Positions 25,700 through 35,594 of a DNA stretch of 64,000 nt are shown one piece after another (position 1 is the stretch's first letter; the number at the start of each line of letters is the position of its first letter). Source of the stretch: Anthoceros angustus (Eukaryota; Plantae; Anthocerotophyta). The stretch lies in contig VJWM01000116.1 in assembly GCA_010909165.1 (NCBI GenBank), positions 620,001 to 684,000 on the forward strand, in the 5' to 3' direction. The notes under the pieces were generated by a model. That model saw only the letters and a list, made by a program, of their open reading frames with translations. It had not been told where the DNA came from and did no database searches. The position numbers and the translations under genes are program-made.

Positions 25700-28600
25700 A
25701 AGGGAAGGCATCCGCGGGCGCCCATGGATGCACCTCAAGGGCGCGGAGGGTCGACCGAGCGATGGAACAAGTCGGGCCCCGCCTTATTGGGTCGCAATTG
25801 GTAGGAGCTGAATCGAACCGGAGCCTTACTTCCAGAAGGCTAGCACAACCAAAGGTCTTCCCATCGGTGACAAGGAGACAAAGCATGGCGCAGCCTATTC
25901 CATCCCCTTACGCCTTTGAGGAGACTGTCTACATACGAAGGCTTGGAGCCCGGATGGATTCCACACCTCTTTTGGATAAGGACCGGATGTTGGTTCAAGA
26001 ATCGGAGCCGTGATGAAGGTATTTTCTGGACACCACTCTTCAAGTTGTGGATCATGGGATACAAGGATGCCTTGCCTAATCACGAGCGAGGGTTGGGTTG
26101 TGTGGGCGAACCCGATATGTGTCAAGGAGACCCATCGCGCAATCGCTCAGATAACAAAGCCATGTGAGTTTGATGAAGTGCCACAAGGGCCCGAGCTATA
26201 CAGGGCATTTGATCTCAGGTTCAACAACCTGATCATCAAGAAATGCGAGCCTCAGAGGCTGGTGCAGATCTTTCGCGAATGTAGACGAGAACAAACGGTA
26301 ATTGTTCAGAAGGCATTTTGGGGGTAGAGAGACCTCTGTGTATGTTTTTTCGGTGCTTTCTGCTTGGTCTCTAACCACAAATGTTGTGTCAACTGCAGGG
26401 GCCTCAAATTGGAAATGCATACATCAGGGCCCTATGTGCAGAAATCACACAATCGGTTGTTCAGACAAGAGTCATGTCCCTAAGGCGCACTCGAGCACGG
26501 CTGGTTGAGGAGGAACATCTCGGCTCGATGATTGTGAAGAAGGAAGCGAGCTTGGACCGAAGATGAAGACGATGGCCCTATTCCCGATATTCACGGGATG
26601 ATGATCAATCGGATGCGCAGAGGTTCGAGATCCGCTGGAGACCGGGGGCCTGGGTAGGTGAGAGGAAGGGCGCTGCCACCGCCTGCAGGAAGAGGCAACT
26701 GATTTGGTGACCCCGATCCGGATTGGTTTGCGCTTCTGGGGCAGGGGCCGCCACCCGCGTTTGCATCATTCTGGAAGCACCACCGGGGCAGATCATGGTG
26801 ATCCTGAAGAGGCGCCGGCCGGCCCCCTCTCCTTCCCTCCATGCAGGATGTGAGTGGGAATAAGAGCAGCAAAGGAAAAAGGAAGGCAGTAGAGGGCCAT
26901 GCATCAGGCGAGAGGAGTCATTCAGAGAGCTTGGAGCTGGCTAGTGGACCAGGAAAAAAAACCAATAGTATGCAAAAGGCGCAGGAGTTGCTGGAGGACA
27001 TACCTTCTGTCCATGTATCAACGGACAAGGAGCGGTTAGCAGATGCTATTCGGGATGAAGACCCCCTAACGCGCATTAGGGAATCGGCCTATTCCAAAAA
27101 GGTTGTTTTGGAGACAGCTTGGTGAAGTTGGAGAACCTTCGCCAAGATCACACCTCACACCGATGCTCGACACGGAGGGTTGACGAAGCATGGACAAATT
27201 ACTTGGCACGCGTGATTTCAAGGGCGGATTGAGGAAGGCGTGTGCCTCTATTATGTATGATTGACCCGCAGAGTGTGAAGACCGAGCAAACTTGATTGGG
27301 ACAAGTTCGGGCAAAAAATACGTCATGGGGTTCTTGGAGGCAACCACACCTATGCGATGAAGCACTGGCGATATATGTCCCGGGAAGACTCGCCAAGACG
27401 TGGAGGCCCATGTGTATTGTAACATGAAATGCAATTCTGCAACAGATCACAATGTGTTGTCGAGAGGAAGAAAATGAATTTCATTGAGCAAGTCGATATT
27501 TGAGGGACGATGATTATCGCAAATGACGGAGTGATGACCATGGCATGGAAGTTTAATCATAAACCGCTAGGGTTGATTGACGGCGAGGGGCGAAGACGAT
27601 GTATATAAAGTACAAAGTGGACAACAGGACTCATATTTTGTGTATTGCAAAAGGTGAGGCGAGTATGGGAGAATGTGGATAAGATTTTTACAAAGTGGGA
27701 AGCCGGGAGCTTGAGCAAAAGAAACATGTCGCGGTGGGCACGAGCAAGAAAGGCAAAGGAAAACGGAAGGTCATCAAGAGTCAAAGAAAATCGATCGCAT
27801 ATGTGAAGTCAAGGATATGCTTGCAAAGCCTTGGAAATCGCTTCAAGGAATACACCGTGAATGCGCAATGATACTAATATCGAACGGAGAAGGTTCTTGC
27901 GGCTTATTGACCTAAAGGGCATGGATGATGATATCACCCTCCCAAGAAATTTCACATCATCCAAGTGGCGATGGCGAAACACCTTGGGTGCTCATCGCTC
28001 GAGGAGGTGCGGAAAGAGTATCCCCATCATGCAAGATAGTGTGCACGGTTCAAAAAGATTTGCCGGAAAGGTGAGAAACACTTTCTATTCAATAGTTCTG
28101 GAGTTGGGTGTGTGGCGTGTGGAGGGCGCGGGCCGGCGCCTCCACAAGGGAAGCTGCAGAGGGCGCCGGCGGCCGGCCACCAGTGCCGGTGGATGGCGCG
28201 CGCCCACCGCGCCGGCCATGTGGAGGCGCGGCCGCCCTCGGCGGAGGGCGGCGGGCCGCGCCCACCCAGAAGCTGGTGATGGAGGGCGGCGGGCGCCCCC
28301 ACAGGCGGATGGAGGGCCGGCGGCCGCCCACCCGTGAAGCTCGCCGGTGGATGGCGCGCGGGCGGCGCCTGAAGCCTCGCCGATGGAGGGCGCCGGCCGG
28401 CGCCTCACCTGAACGCAGAGGGGCGCCTCTTCATACCGAGCACGACGATGTGGTTTTGTTTTTAATTTGCAGCAACTAAAGGACGTTGAGGTTTTGGCGC
28501 TGGGATGACTTCCGCCATTTCATATTTGAAGTCAACAACTGGAAAGGACTTGAAAACGAGCAAAGGGCTTTAATGATAAGGACCGGAAGAAGGTCTTAAC

Positions 28601-29664
28601 ATTTTTACCGTGCCTTCCGGATACAAAGTGTTCAATACTGTGGAGGCAAGAAATATTCTTGACATGCGGGGTTTCGAGGACGAGGGGTACACGCTCGGTA
28701 ATGGACGTTCCACGAGGTTTGACATTGGCCCTATGGATAAGCGGGTGGACATGGCAATGATGCAGTTTTGAGCTTTGGAAAAGACAACAAGTGAAGAATT
28801 CCGCATTATAGTGATGCATGGGGTCAAGAAGCCCACACCGGGGAATCCATGCGAACATGGACAGGGAAAGGCGGATTGGTATCCTTCATATGGGATAAGA
28901 CCAACATGCATAATGACAGAGGCGGGTTTGAGACGTGGAGTACATCATCGGGATGGTGTCTCGAAAGACACAAGCACAAAGGATAGAGCTCCTATCTGCC
29001 GAATGCTATGCACGGACGTTCAACAATGGGAGGTCGGTTATAGGACACGCCATGGTGAAGAAACAGTGTACCGGCCAATGACAAACTTGTGGTATGCCCT
29101 TATCAACGCCCACGGGTCTTCTTATGAAATCGATAAGGACCTTCTCAAAGGAAGGGGACTGGGTTCTTGATGCATGTTCGGGCAGCGGGACCACCACACT
29201 TGCTGCAGTCCTGAGTGGACGCAACTGCATTGCAGTTGAGGCAGATTTGAGATGTGCAGGGTACATTCCTCAGCGAATACATGGTTATGAGGTGCTTCCG
29301 GATGCAGAGGAAGAGCTTACATTTCAACCGCATCGCCGAGGACCATCACAATTCTGGGCAAAGGAGGTATGTATCAGCGAAAAAGATAGTCTGAAGGCAC
29401 AAGTTGTTTCTTTGAGTGCGGGCAGACGACAGTGAACTTTTGGAAGATGGGCAGCAAACGTTGGATGATGTATGGCTGCACACATTGGACCCCAAGGGTG
29501 ATGTGAACGAAGACGAAGGCCTTGGAAGAAAACAGAATTTGAAGACGCAGAAGATGAGCGCATTAGAAACCTCGGCCGTTGTCTTAGACTCGACAGATGT
29601 GCGAGACGAGTCGCAGATGAGCCCTCCTAATGATCCTGTACGCCCGTATGTGGTCCAGTATTAA
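25700..29664 (+). pseudogene. ParB/Srx-like domain + beta-class N4C/N6A DNA methyltransferase fusion of copy C (possibly intact in vivo)
   Basis: VLGGNHTY at 27330-27353; GT-AG intron 28071-28472; MDVPRG at 28701-28718; SFIWDKTN; VEYII; (C)PYQRPTGLLMKSIRTFSKEGDWVLDACSGSGTTTLAAVLSGRNCIAVE (about 29090-29240); stop at 29662-29664. Motif IV precedes motif I, which is the beta-class order. Confidence 0.85.
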
Positions 29665-29976
29665 ACGATAAGTTTTGTGGTCGGATAGAGGTATACATGA
29701 AGGTTGGCCACTCCCATAGTTTGCGTGTAAAAACCTTCTTGAAGTGGCGGAATTTTAATTTTCTTTCCTCCGCTTTGGAGCATTGCTTTCATTTAGGGTT
29801 CAACTATCGCCGCCACCGCGATAGTTTACCACACGCACACATGGAACCGTGAAACCGTTGTTTCAAAATGGGATCTATCGGACAAGGGTGGACATACGTC
29901 ACCAACGTGAAAAAATCATAGTTTCCCGAAAGGTGCGATGTTTGTCAAGAGGGTCCACCAGCAACTGAAGAGGGTT

Positions 29977-30009
29977 TGTATATTCCCCCTCTTGAAGATA
30001 TATGGTGTT
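29977..30009 (-). repeat. Right terminal inverted repeat of copy C
   Basis: TGTATATTCCCCCTCTTGAAGATATATGGTGTT, followed by TCTC. Confidence 0.92.
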
Positions 30010-30568
30010 TCTCCTAGGTTCAGTTTCTTAGCCTAGACAGATTGCTTGATGAAACCGTTTTGAGTCGAGACGAACGTGCGCTAGCTTGAGGGCAGAGTCA
30101 TCGGGAGGGCATGGCCGCGTGGGCCTCTGTAAGCGTTGTCCCGCATAAGGCCAGTCTTGCTCTCAGTGTGTGGAAGGCGCTAAGGTGTGTGTGGATACTT
30201 TCACCATCCCTGTATTTAAGCATGTGAAAGTTCCTTGTGGTAGCAACAACGTGCTGCACGTCTGTGGCTTCATACATTTGGTTGAATCTCTCCCAAATGG
30301 CTTGAGCATATGCGGCACCAAAGGTGTCGTGTACCATGTCCTTATCGAGTCTGGCGATGAGCAGATTCTGGGCTCATCTGTCAGACTTCATCCATTGATC
30401 AAAGGCTAGGGTTCCTGAGGCAGGGCAGGACACAGACCCGACGACTATTGTCTAGAGGTCTGCGTCCGGGTCCTCAAGATGTCCCCTCATCCGGGTGGCC
30501 CATACATTGTAGTCCACACCCGTGAAACTGTCTTTTTCTTTGATCTCAATGATTGCGCAGACTACCAT
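30010..30568 (-). pseudogene. Ty1/Copia gag N-terminal part
   Basis: FTGVDYNVWATRMRGHL...W..SD..AQNLLI...AQAIWERFNQMY...FHMLKYRDGESIHTHLSAF...TLPSS*RTFV, with in-frame stops. Confidence 0.88.
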
Positions 30569-32039
30569 AATGTGCACTAGGGTTTACAGCACGATCGCTA
30601 GTGGCGCCTCCACTAGCACCACCACCACTAGCGGTGCCTCCAGATCCCGACATTTTGTTAGGGATTGCTCAGGTGGCTCTTGCAAGAGGTTTTTGTTTCT
30701 GTCGCTGGAAGATGAGGAGGCCTTCAATTAGAGCCGCCAGGTGGGTATACGCCTCCGTCAGTGTTGTCACATCTTGGAGTGTGGCAATCGCAAGGCTTTG
30801 CAGCAGGCGGGTCTTAGTGTGAACTTTGTTTTCGATCTGATGGAGCTTCTTCAGCCGGCTCTCCAACTCAGGGAGTCCTTTGTGAATTTCTTTATTTCGT
30901 GGTTTGGTATGTACTGCCCGTCATCCCTCTCACCATCCTACACTCGCAGCCACAATTGTGAAGGCTTGCAGGATCAAAGGGAAATTGCGGAGCCCGATGC
31001 TCATGTGTTAGGAGTAGGGTTGATTCTGCCCTCTATCGGGTTCTCCTATTCCGGCCATGGATGGCCTCCAAGAGTTTTACGTCTTGGGCCAGGCTATGGC
31101 GGGGTCCATCGAAGATACCATGGAAAAAGTACTAATGTCATTTGGAGCATTTAGCATGTCTTACAAGCGTATCTTACAATTACAGTCAATGAGTGTTCAT
31201 GGATGTCTTGTTTGTGGTAGGTGCTGTAATGAGGAGGTGCAATGGTTCATGATCCATTGAGGTAGAGCATAGAACTGTTTAGTGACAGTCCATCTGTGTG
31301 CCTTGGACAGTCCTTCATTAGAACCCACCGAATGCCCTCCTCAAAGTTCGGTCCAGGCAGGGACACTGCTGCCTGTACACTTGAAATGAGCTTAAAGTGT
31401 CAAGGCCAAATGTGTTTGATGCTTTCCTATCAGCAGCAAAAGCTTCATGGATCATCCGCCTAGGTACCTCAGGGTTGATGGCTTATTGACTCACCTCAGA
31501 TGTTGCTCTTTACTCATCAAATTCTTCACAAAAGGGTAAAGGCTTTCCAAGCCTCACACAATTCAGCAGGGGTAAGCTTCTTACAGCCTCAAAATCAAAC
31601 CAGAGCCGACGGCACTTCCATGCGCTTTCCCACAGCCAATTGTTGAGATTCAGCCTTGCACACAATGCTCCCAAGGCGCTTGCCTAGTGTTGCTCCCAAG
31701 GCGCTTCCCCACCGCCATAAGCGTCCCATCCTGCGTGCGCCACAAAACAATCCACATTGAAGACGGTAAAATCACTTGTGAGAACAGGTTTATTGCTCCG
31801 CATGCAGCTTTTTGACTATAGGGCTCAATGCCATCAGACCTTCCGTTCCGTTTTCGAGGCTCGTTGGCTTCGAGAGGGTGTCTGCATGACGAGGACGAGG
31901 AAGGGCTACCTGGGAAGGTGTGTGGCGGTCATCAGCCTAGGGTTATTTGTGTTTGGCGTCATGACTAGCTGCGTTGTGGAGAGGCAGTAGTTCTAGAGAT
32001 CATCAGCCGTTCATTCTGTATGTTCGTGAGAGGTTGTAA

Positions 32040-32362
32040 TGGAACCCAACATTGCGAACATGGCGGGGCATTTGCAACAAGCGGCAGCTTCCTTTCAGGG
32101 ATTGGCGGGGGAGACGCAACGACTTGGGAATCTTCTCCCCATGGAGTAGGTTAATCGAATATTGCAACAGAATGACCAAGTTGTGGGGGCCATCAATGAG
32201 ATCGTGCAATCAGGCTGGCAAGGCAACTTGGTTATAAATTAGATGCAGCAAGATGTGCAAGCGCTGCCAGCGAAACTGGAGTAGATACACCAATATGTGC
32301 AAGCATTGCAAGCGAAAGTGGAGCAGATGCATCAATATGTGCAAGCGTTGGGGCAAGAGTAA
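32040..32362 (+). pseudogene. Degenerate coiled-coil ORF with a 14-aa (42-bp) tandem repeat, probably TE-derived
   Basis: QDVQALPAKLE*IHQYVQALQAKVEQMHQYVQALGQE*, with stops and a frameshift. Confidence 0.35.
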
Positions 32363-32784
32363 GCTTGTGGCTTTACAATTTACCTATTTTATATTTTATA
32401 TTACCAGCATAAATTACAATGTAATTACTGATACTCCTCGATAAGGGTCGTGGAAGGTTACCTTTTGATTACACTTAAATTACACGCGGGAAAGAAGACT
32501 TTATTATAAAAAAGAGATGGGAAAAACCCATCCACCCGAAAACAAAAGGGGAAAAACCCAACGAAGGGCTCCATACAAGGGGACTAGCCCCCACCTTAAA
32601 TTACACCAAATTACAAGTTTATACCAATAAATTTGATAAAATTACGTGGCATATATATATATAATATCATATATTTGTATTTTTATTACTGTAAAATATT
32701 ATTTCACACTACAATAATAATTACCACCATAATTACTAGGGTGTTGGGTCTTACCTGTAATACTCACAAGCCCATGGATGGCAT

Positions 32785-33470
32785 AAAAAACGGGACTCGA
32801 CCACGGATGTCATCAAAAAAGGGACTCGACCATGGATTGCATCAAAAAAGGGGCTCTACTATGTCAGTTGGGTGTTCCTGCATAGGGGACATCGGAAACC
32901 ATAGCTACGTCACTTGGGTGTTTATGGGTGTTCATGCCTGATGGACATCGGAAACCATAGCTTTATCACTTGGGTGTTCGTGCCTAGAGGACATTTGGAA
33001 ACCAGACTTTAGCCTTTGTATCTTTGCAAAGAGTGTGCATGATACCTCGTTGGTCCAGCTCCTCTAGAGATTTTTTCGATCTTTAACTGTCTACCTGGGT
33101 GCAACTCAATATGGTGGGGGGTGGAACCCAGTATGACCCACCTAGGGGCCAGCTCCTCTAGAGATTTTTTCGATCTTTAACTGTCTACCTGGGTGCAACT
33201 CAATATGGTGGGGGGTGGAACCTAGTATGACCCACCTAGGTCTCTGTATGGCCCACCTAGGTCTCTGTCCAAATAGCTTAGGCCAAATCGACACATATTT
33301 ATAAGAACGCCGTGATTAACTGCGCTTAGATCGGCTTAGATGGGGTGACTAAAGAGAGTGGATGCCCTTGTGCTTAGATCGGTACTTAGATGGGGTGCCT
33401 AAAGAGAGTGGATGCCCTTGCGCTTAGATCGGTACTTAGATGGGGTGCCTAAAGGGAGTGGATGCCCTTA
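32785..33470. repeat. Cluster of short tandem repeats (about 29, about 50 and 94 bp units), likely a non-autonomous TE
   Basis: AAAAAAGGGACTCGACCA.GGAT units near 32785-32850; GACATCGGAAACCATAGCT twice; a 94-bp unit twice (about 33055-33240); GCTTAGATCGG..GGATGCCCTT three times (33324-33470). Confidence 0.8.
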
Positions 33471-33859
33471 GTGCAAGTAGCTTAGGCACACCATGGTACA
33501 AGTTGTTAAGTACCAAGTCCCATGACGGAAATCCGTCCTTAGTGGACTTCAATAAAATCCTTCTTCTCCTGTATGGCCCGAGATATCAATGAAGCTCTCT
33601 GCTGCGGCTCGCATTTGCTTCACCTACATATGAACCGAGACATAAGGCTTGTGCGGTTGGAGAAGACTTGAAGTCTGGTCAACAGGTGCACATTACAGCC
33701 CCAACATTGCACCTCTTTTCCCTATGGCCCTCATATGAACCCCCCGTTTTTCTCCATTAGCCTTTAAGCGTCAATTCGCTCCACAATTCCTCCTCTGCCC
33801 TTCAGCTTGTGCGCACAAGGGATCCATCAGATGTCGGCTAGCTCTGATCCCACAAGTCA

Positions 33860-34560
33860 CACCCCCGTCTCCTTGTCTTCAAGGTCCTGAGAGCTGGCTT
33901 GCACCTCCGTTGTTGCCGCGGTCGTCAGCACACCTGAGGCACTTGGTTCAGCATCCTGCATACTGATGGCCATGGGCACCTCTTCTACTTGCGTATCTCT
34001 GCCATCCGGTCTGCAGCTCCTTCGTTTCCGTCTCCAATTGTTACCGAGTCGGTCACATCACTTGACTGACCAGCTTGCACTAGGCTTCCCTCCTCCATCG
34101 TTTACGTCTCGGTCACCTCACCTCACTCACCAACTAGAACCGGCTTCGCCACTTCAGCAGTTTCTTCTGGGTTCTCGTCCGCTGGATCAGCTGGGGAAGG
34201 TTCTGCAGCTTCTACTTCAGACGGCTCTTCACACTGAAAACCTGGATCAGGGATCTCATCAGCATCAACTTGTCCATCTGCATAAGAGGTGGCAGGTGGA
34301 CCCATAGCATAGCTCTGCCTCCATCGCCTGCAATGTAATAACTTCAAGCCCCGAGACCTCCTTGCAATCCTCTACCTCATCCAGACAGACATACCCTTCA
34401 AGGAGGTCCCCAACTCACTAGTTACATTGCTCTCTTTGCCATCTTCAACCTCAGGAACACTTGCTTCATCATCCACAGGGTGCAGAGGCTCATCTTGTGG
34501 TGGAATCTGCTGTGTCTCCATTTCAGACAAATGCGTCTCTATTTCAGGCAGATGAAACAA
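33860..34560 (-). pseudogene. Diverged copy of the acidic last exon of the coiled-coil gene
   Basis: DGQVDADEIPDPGFQCEEPSEVEAAEP...AKPVLVGE and ETQQIPPQDEPLHPV..EASVPEVEDGKES match 38440-39230 with substitutions and a deletion. Confidence 0.75.
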
Positions 34561-35107
34561 GCAGAATGTATTTCCCTGCAAACCGCTGAACCTTTATGAC
34601 TCCGACCAGTCCAGAGAGCGAGCCATTCATTCGAGTCTTTGAAGGATAGTTGGACACAAACACCATCTCTTTGTTGTTGCACACTAACACCATCACTTCC
34701 CTTTGGCATACACGAATGAAGCGATGCACAAGGACAAGCTTCTGCGGCAAAAGAATCCGCATCGACGGCAGACCCGAAATCCATGCTGTAACCCCTCTTA
34801 CAGCTGGAACACAAACAGATCCTACTGTAAGAACGCTCCTTCAATGCCGCTTGCCGTTTAAGTAAAAATAAAGAAGACGACGAGGCACTGGTACCAAACT
34901 CAAACGGCCACTTCAAGCCTTTGAAGGCTATTTCCTCGCTTAGACCATCGCTTCTGTTCAGCATACCCAGATGATGCAGCGCACAATGACAAGACACTGC
35001 CGGAAAAGAATTCGTATCGCCGGCAGACGAGAATTCCCCCTCGTAAAGCCTCTCACACCTGGGGCATAAACAGATCCCGATGCCAAAACACGCTCATGAA
35101 GCGAACA

Positions 35108-35594
35108 ATGAAGGCTGCCTGGACGCTGCTGCGGCTGCTGGTCCTCACTCTGCACTTGCCTGTTCCTCACGCAACACGCGCCCGAGCTCCGGCTCCCGTC
35201 CGGTATGCCGGCACCAACTCCTTCGACTTCTCCATCTCAGAGTAGGACCAGAGCGGTTACATGCCGCCGAGCGGGGACCACGACGGTCATCACCTAGACG
35301 TAGACAGCCTCGTGTCCGCCATCACAAGGGACGTGGAGGCCCTGGACCTGGCCTTGGCCGATATCGCTGTGCGCAAACTCACCGCTTGGATCGACTACGA
35401 CGCAGGCCGGCACCAACGTGCGCCTGGCCAGGTATCCGGCTCCCAGGCGCGCCGCTACCCGCCTCTTCACCTACTCCGGGATCAACCTGGCGGACATGGT
35501 GAATAGGGCGTCCTGCGTCGGCTTCACTGGGGCCACCGGCATGGTAAGCGAGGAGAACTCCATCTACTCCTGGTCGTTTCAGAGCTGGCTGTAG
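35108..35594 (+). pseudogene. Legume-type (L-type) lectin pseudogene, copy 1
   Basis: Signal-peptide-like MKAAWTLLRLLVLTLHL, then TNSFDF and a premature TAG. HHLDVDSLVS...LTAWIDYDAG...INLADMV...CVGFTGATGMVSEENSIYSWSFQS matches the L-lectin C-terminal pattern (AWIDY...VGFSAATG...ILSWSF). The central part is deleted. Confidence 0.7.

Larger units (their letters stand above)
20500..30009. mobile_element. Complete 9510-bp copy C: Sola-like TIR transposon carrying a ParB-DNA methyltransferase gene
   Basis: 33-bp TIRs (32/33 identical), TCTC direct repeat on both flanks (20496-20499 and 30010-30013), transposase on - and cargo gene on +. Flanks rejoin into one in-frame Copia gag. Confidence 0.9.

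Noticed and set aside
1-30009. Bacterial or phage contamination as the source of the ParB-MTase
   Set aside because: The gene has conserved GT-AG introns, sits within TIRs, and is nested in a plant Copia element.
30570-32400. Copia 5' LTR and PBS
   Set aside because: No convincing TG..CA repeat pair or tRNA-Met PBS found in the window.
32785-33470. CRISPR-like or RNA-gene interpretation of the short repeats
   Set aside because: The units are contiguous tandem copies without unique spacers. No tRNA, rRNA or known miRNA sequence was recognised anywhere in the window.
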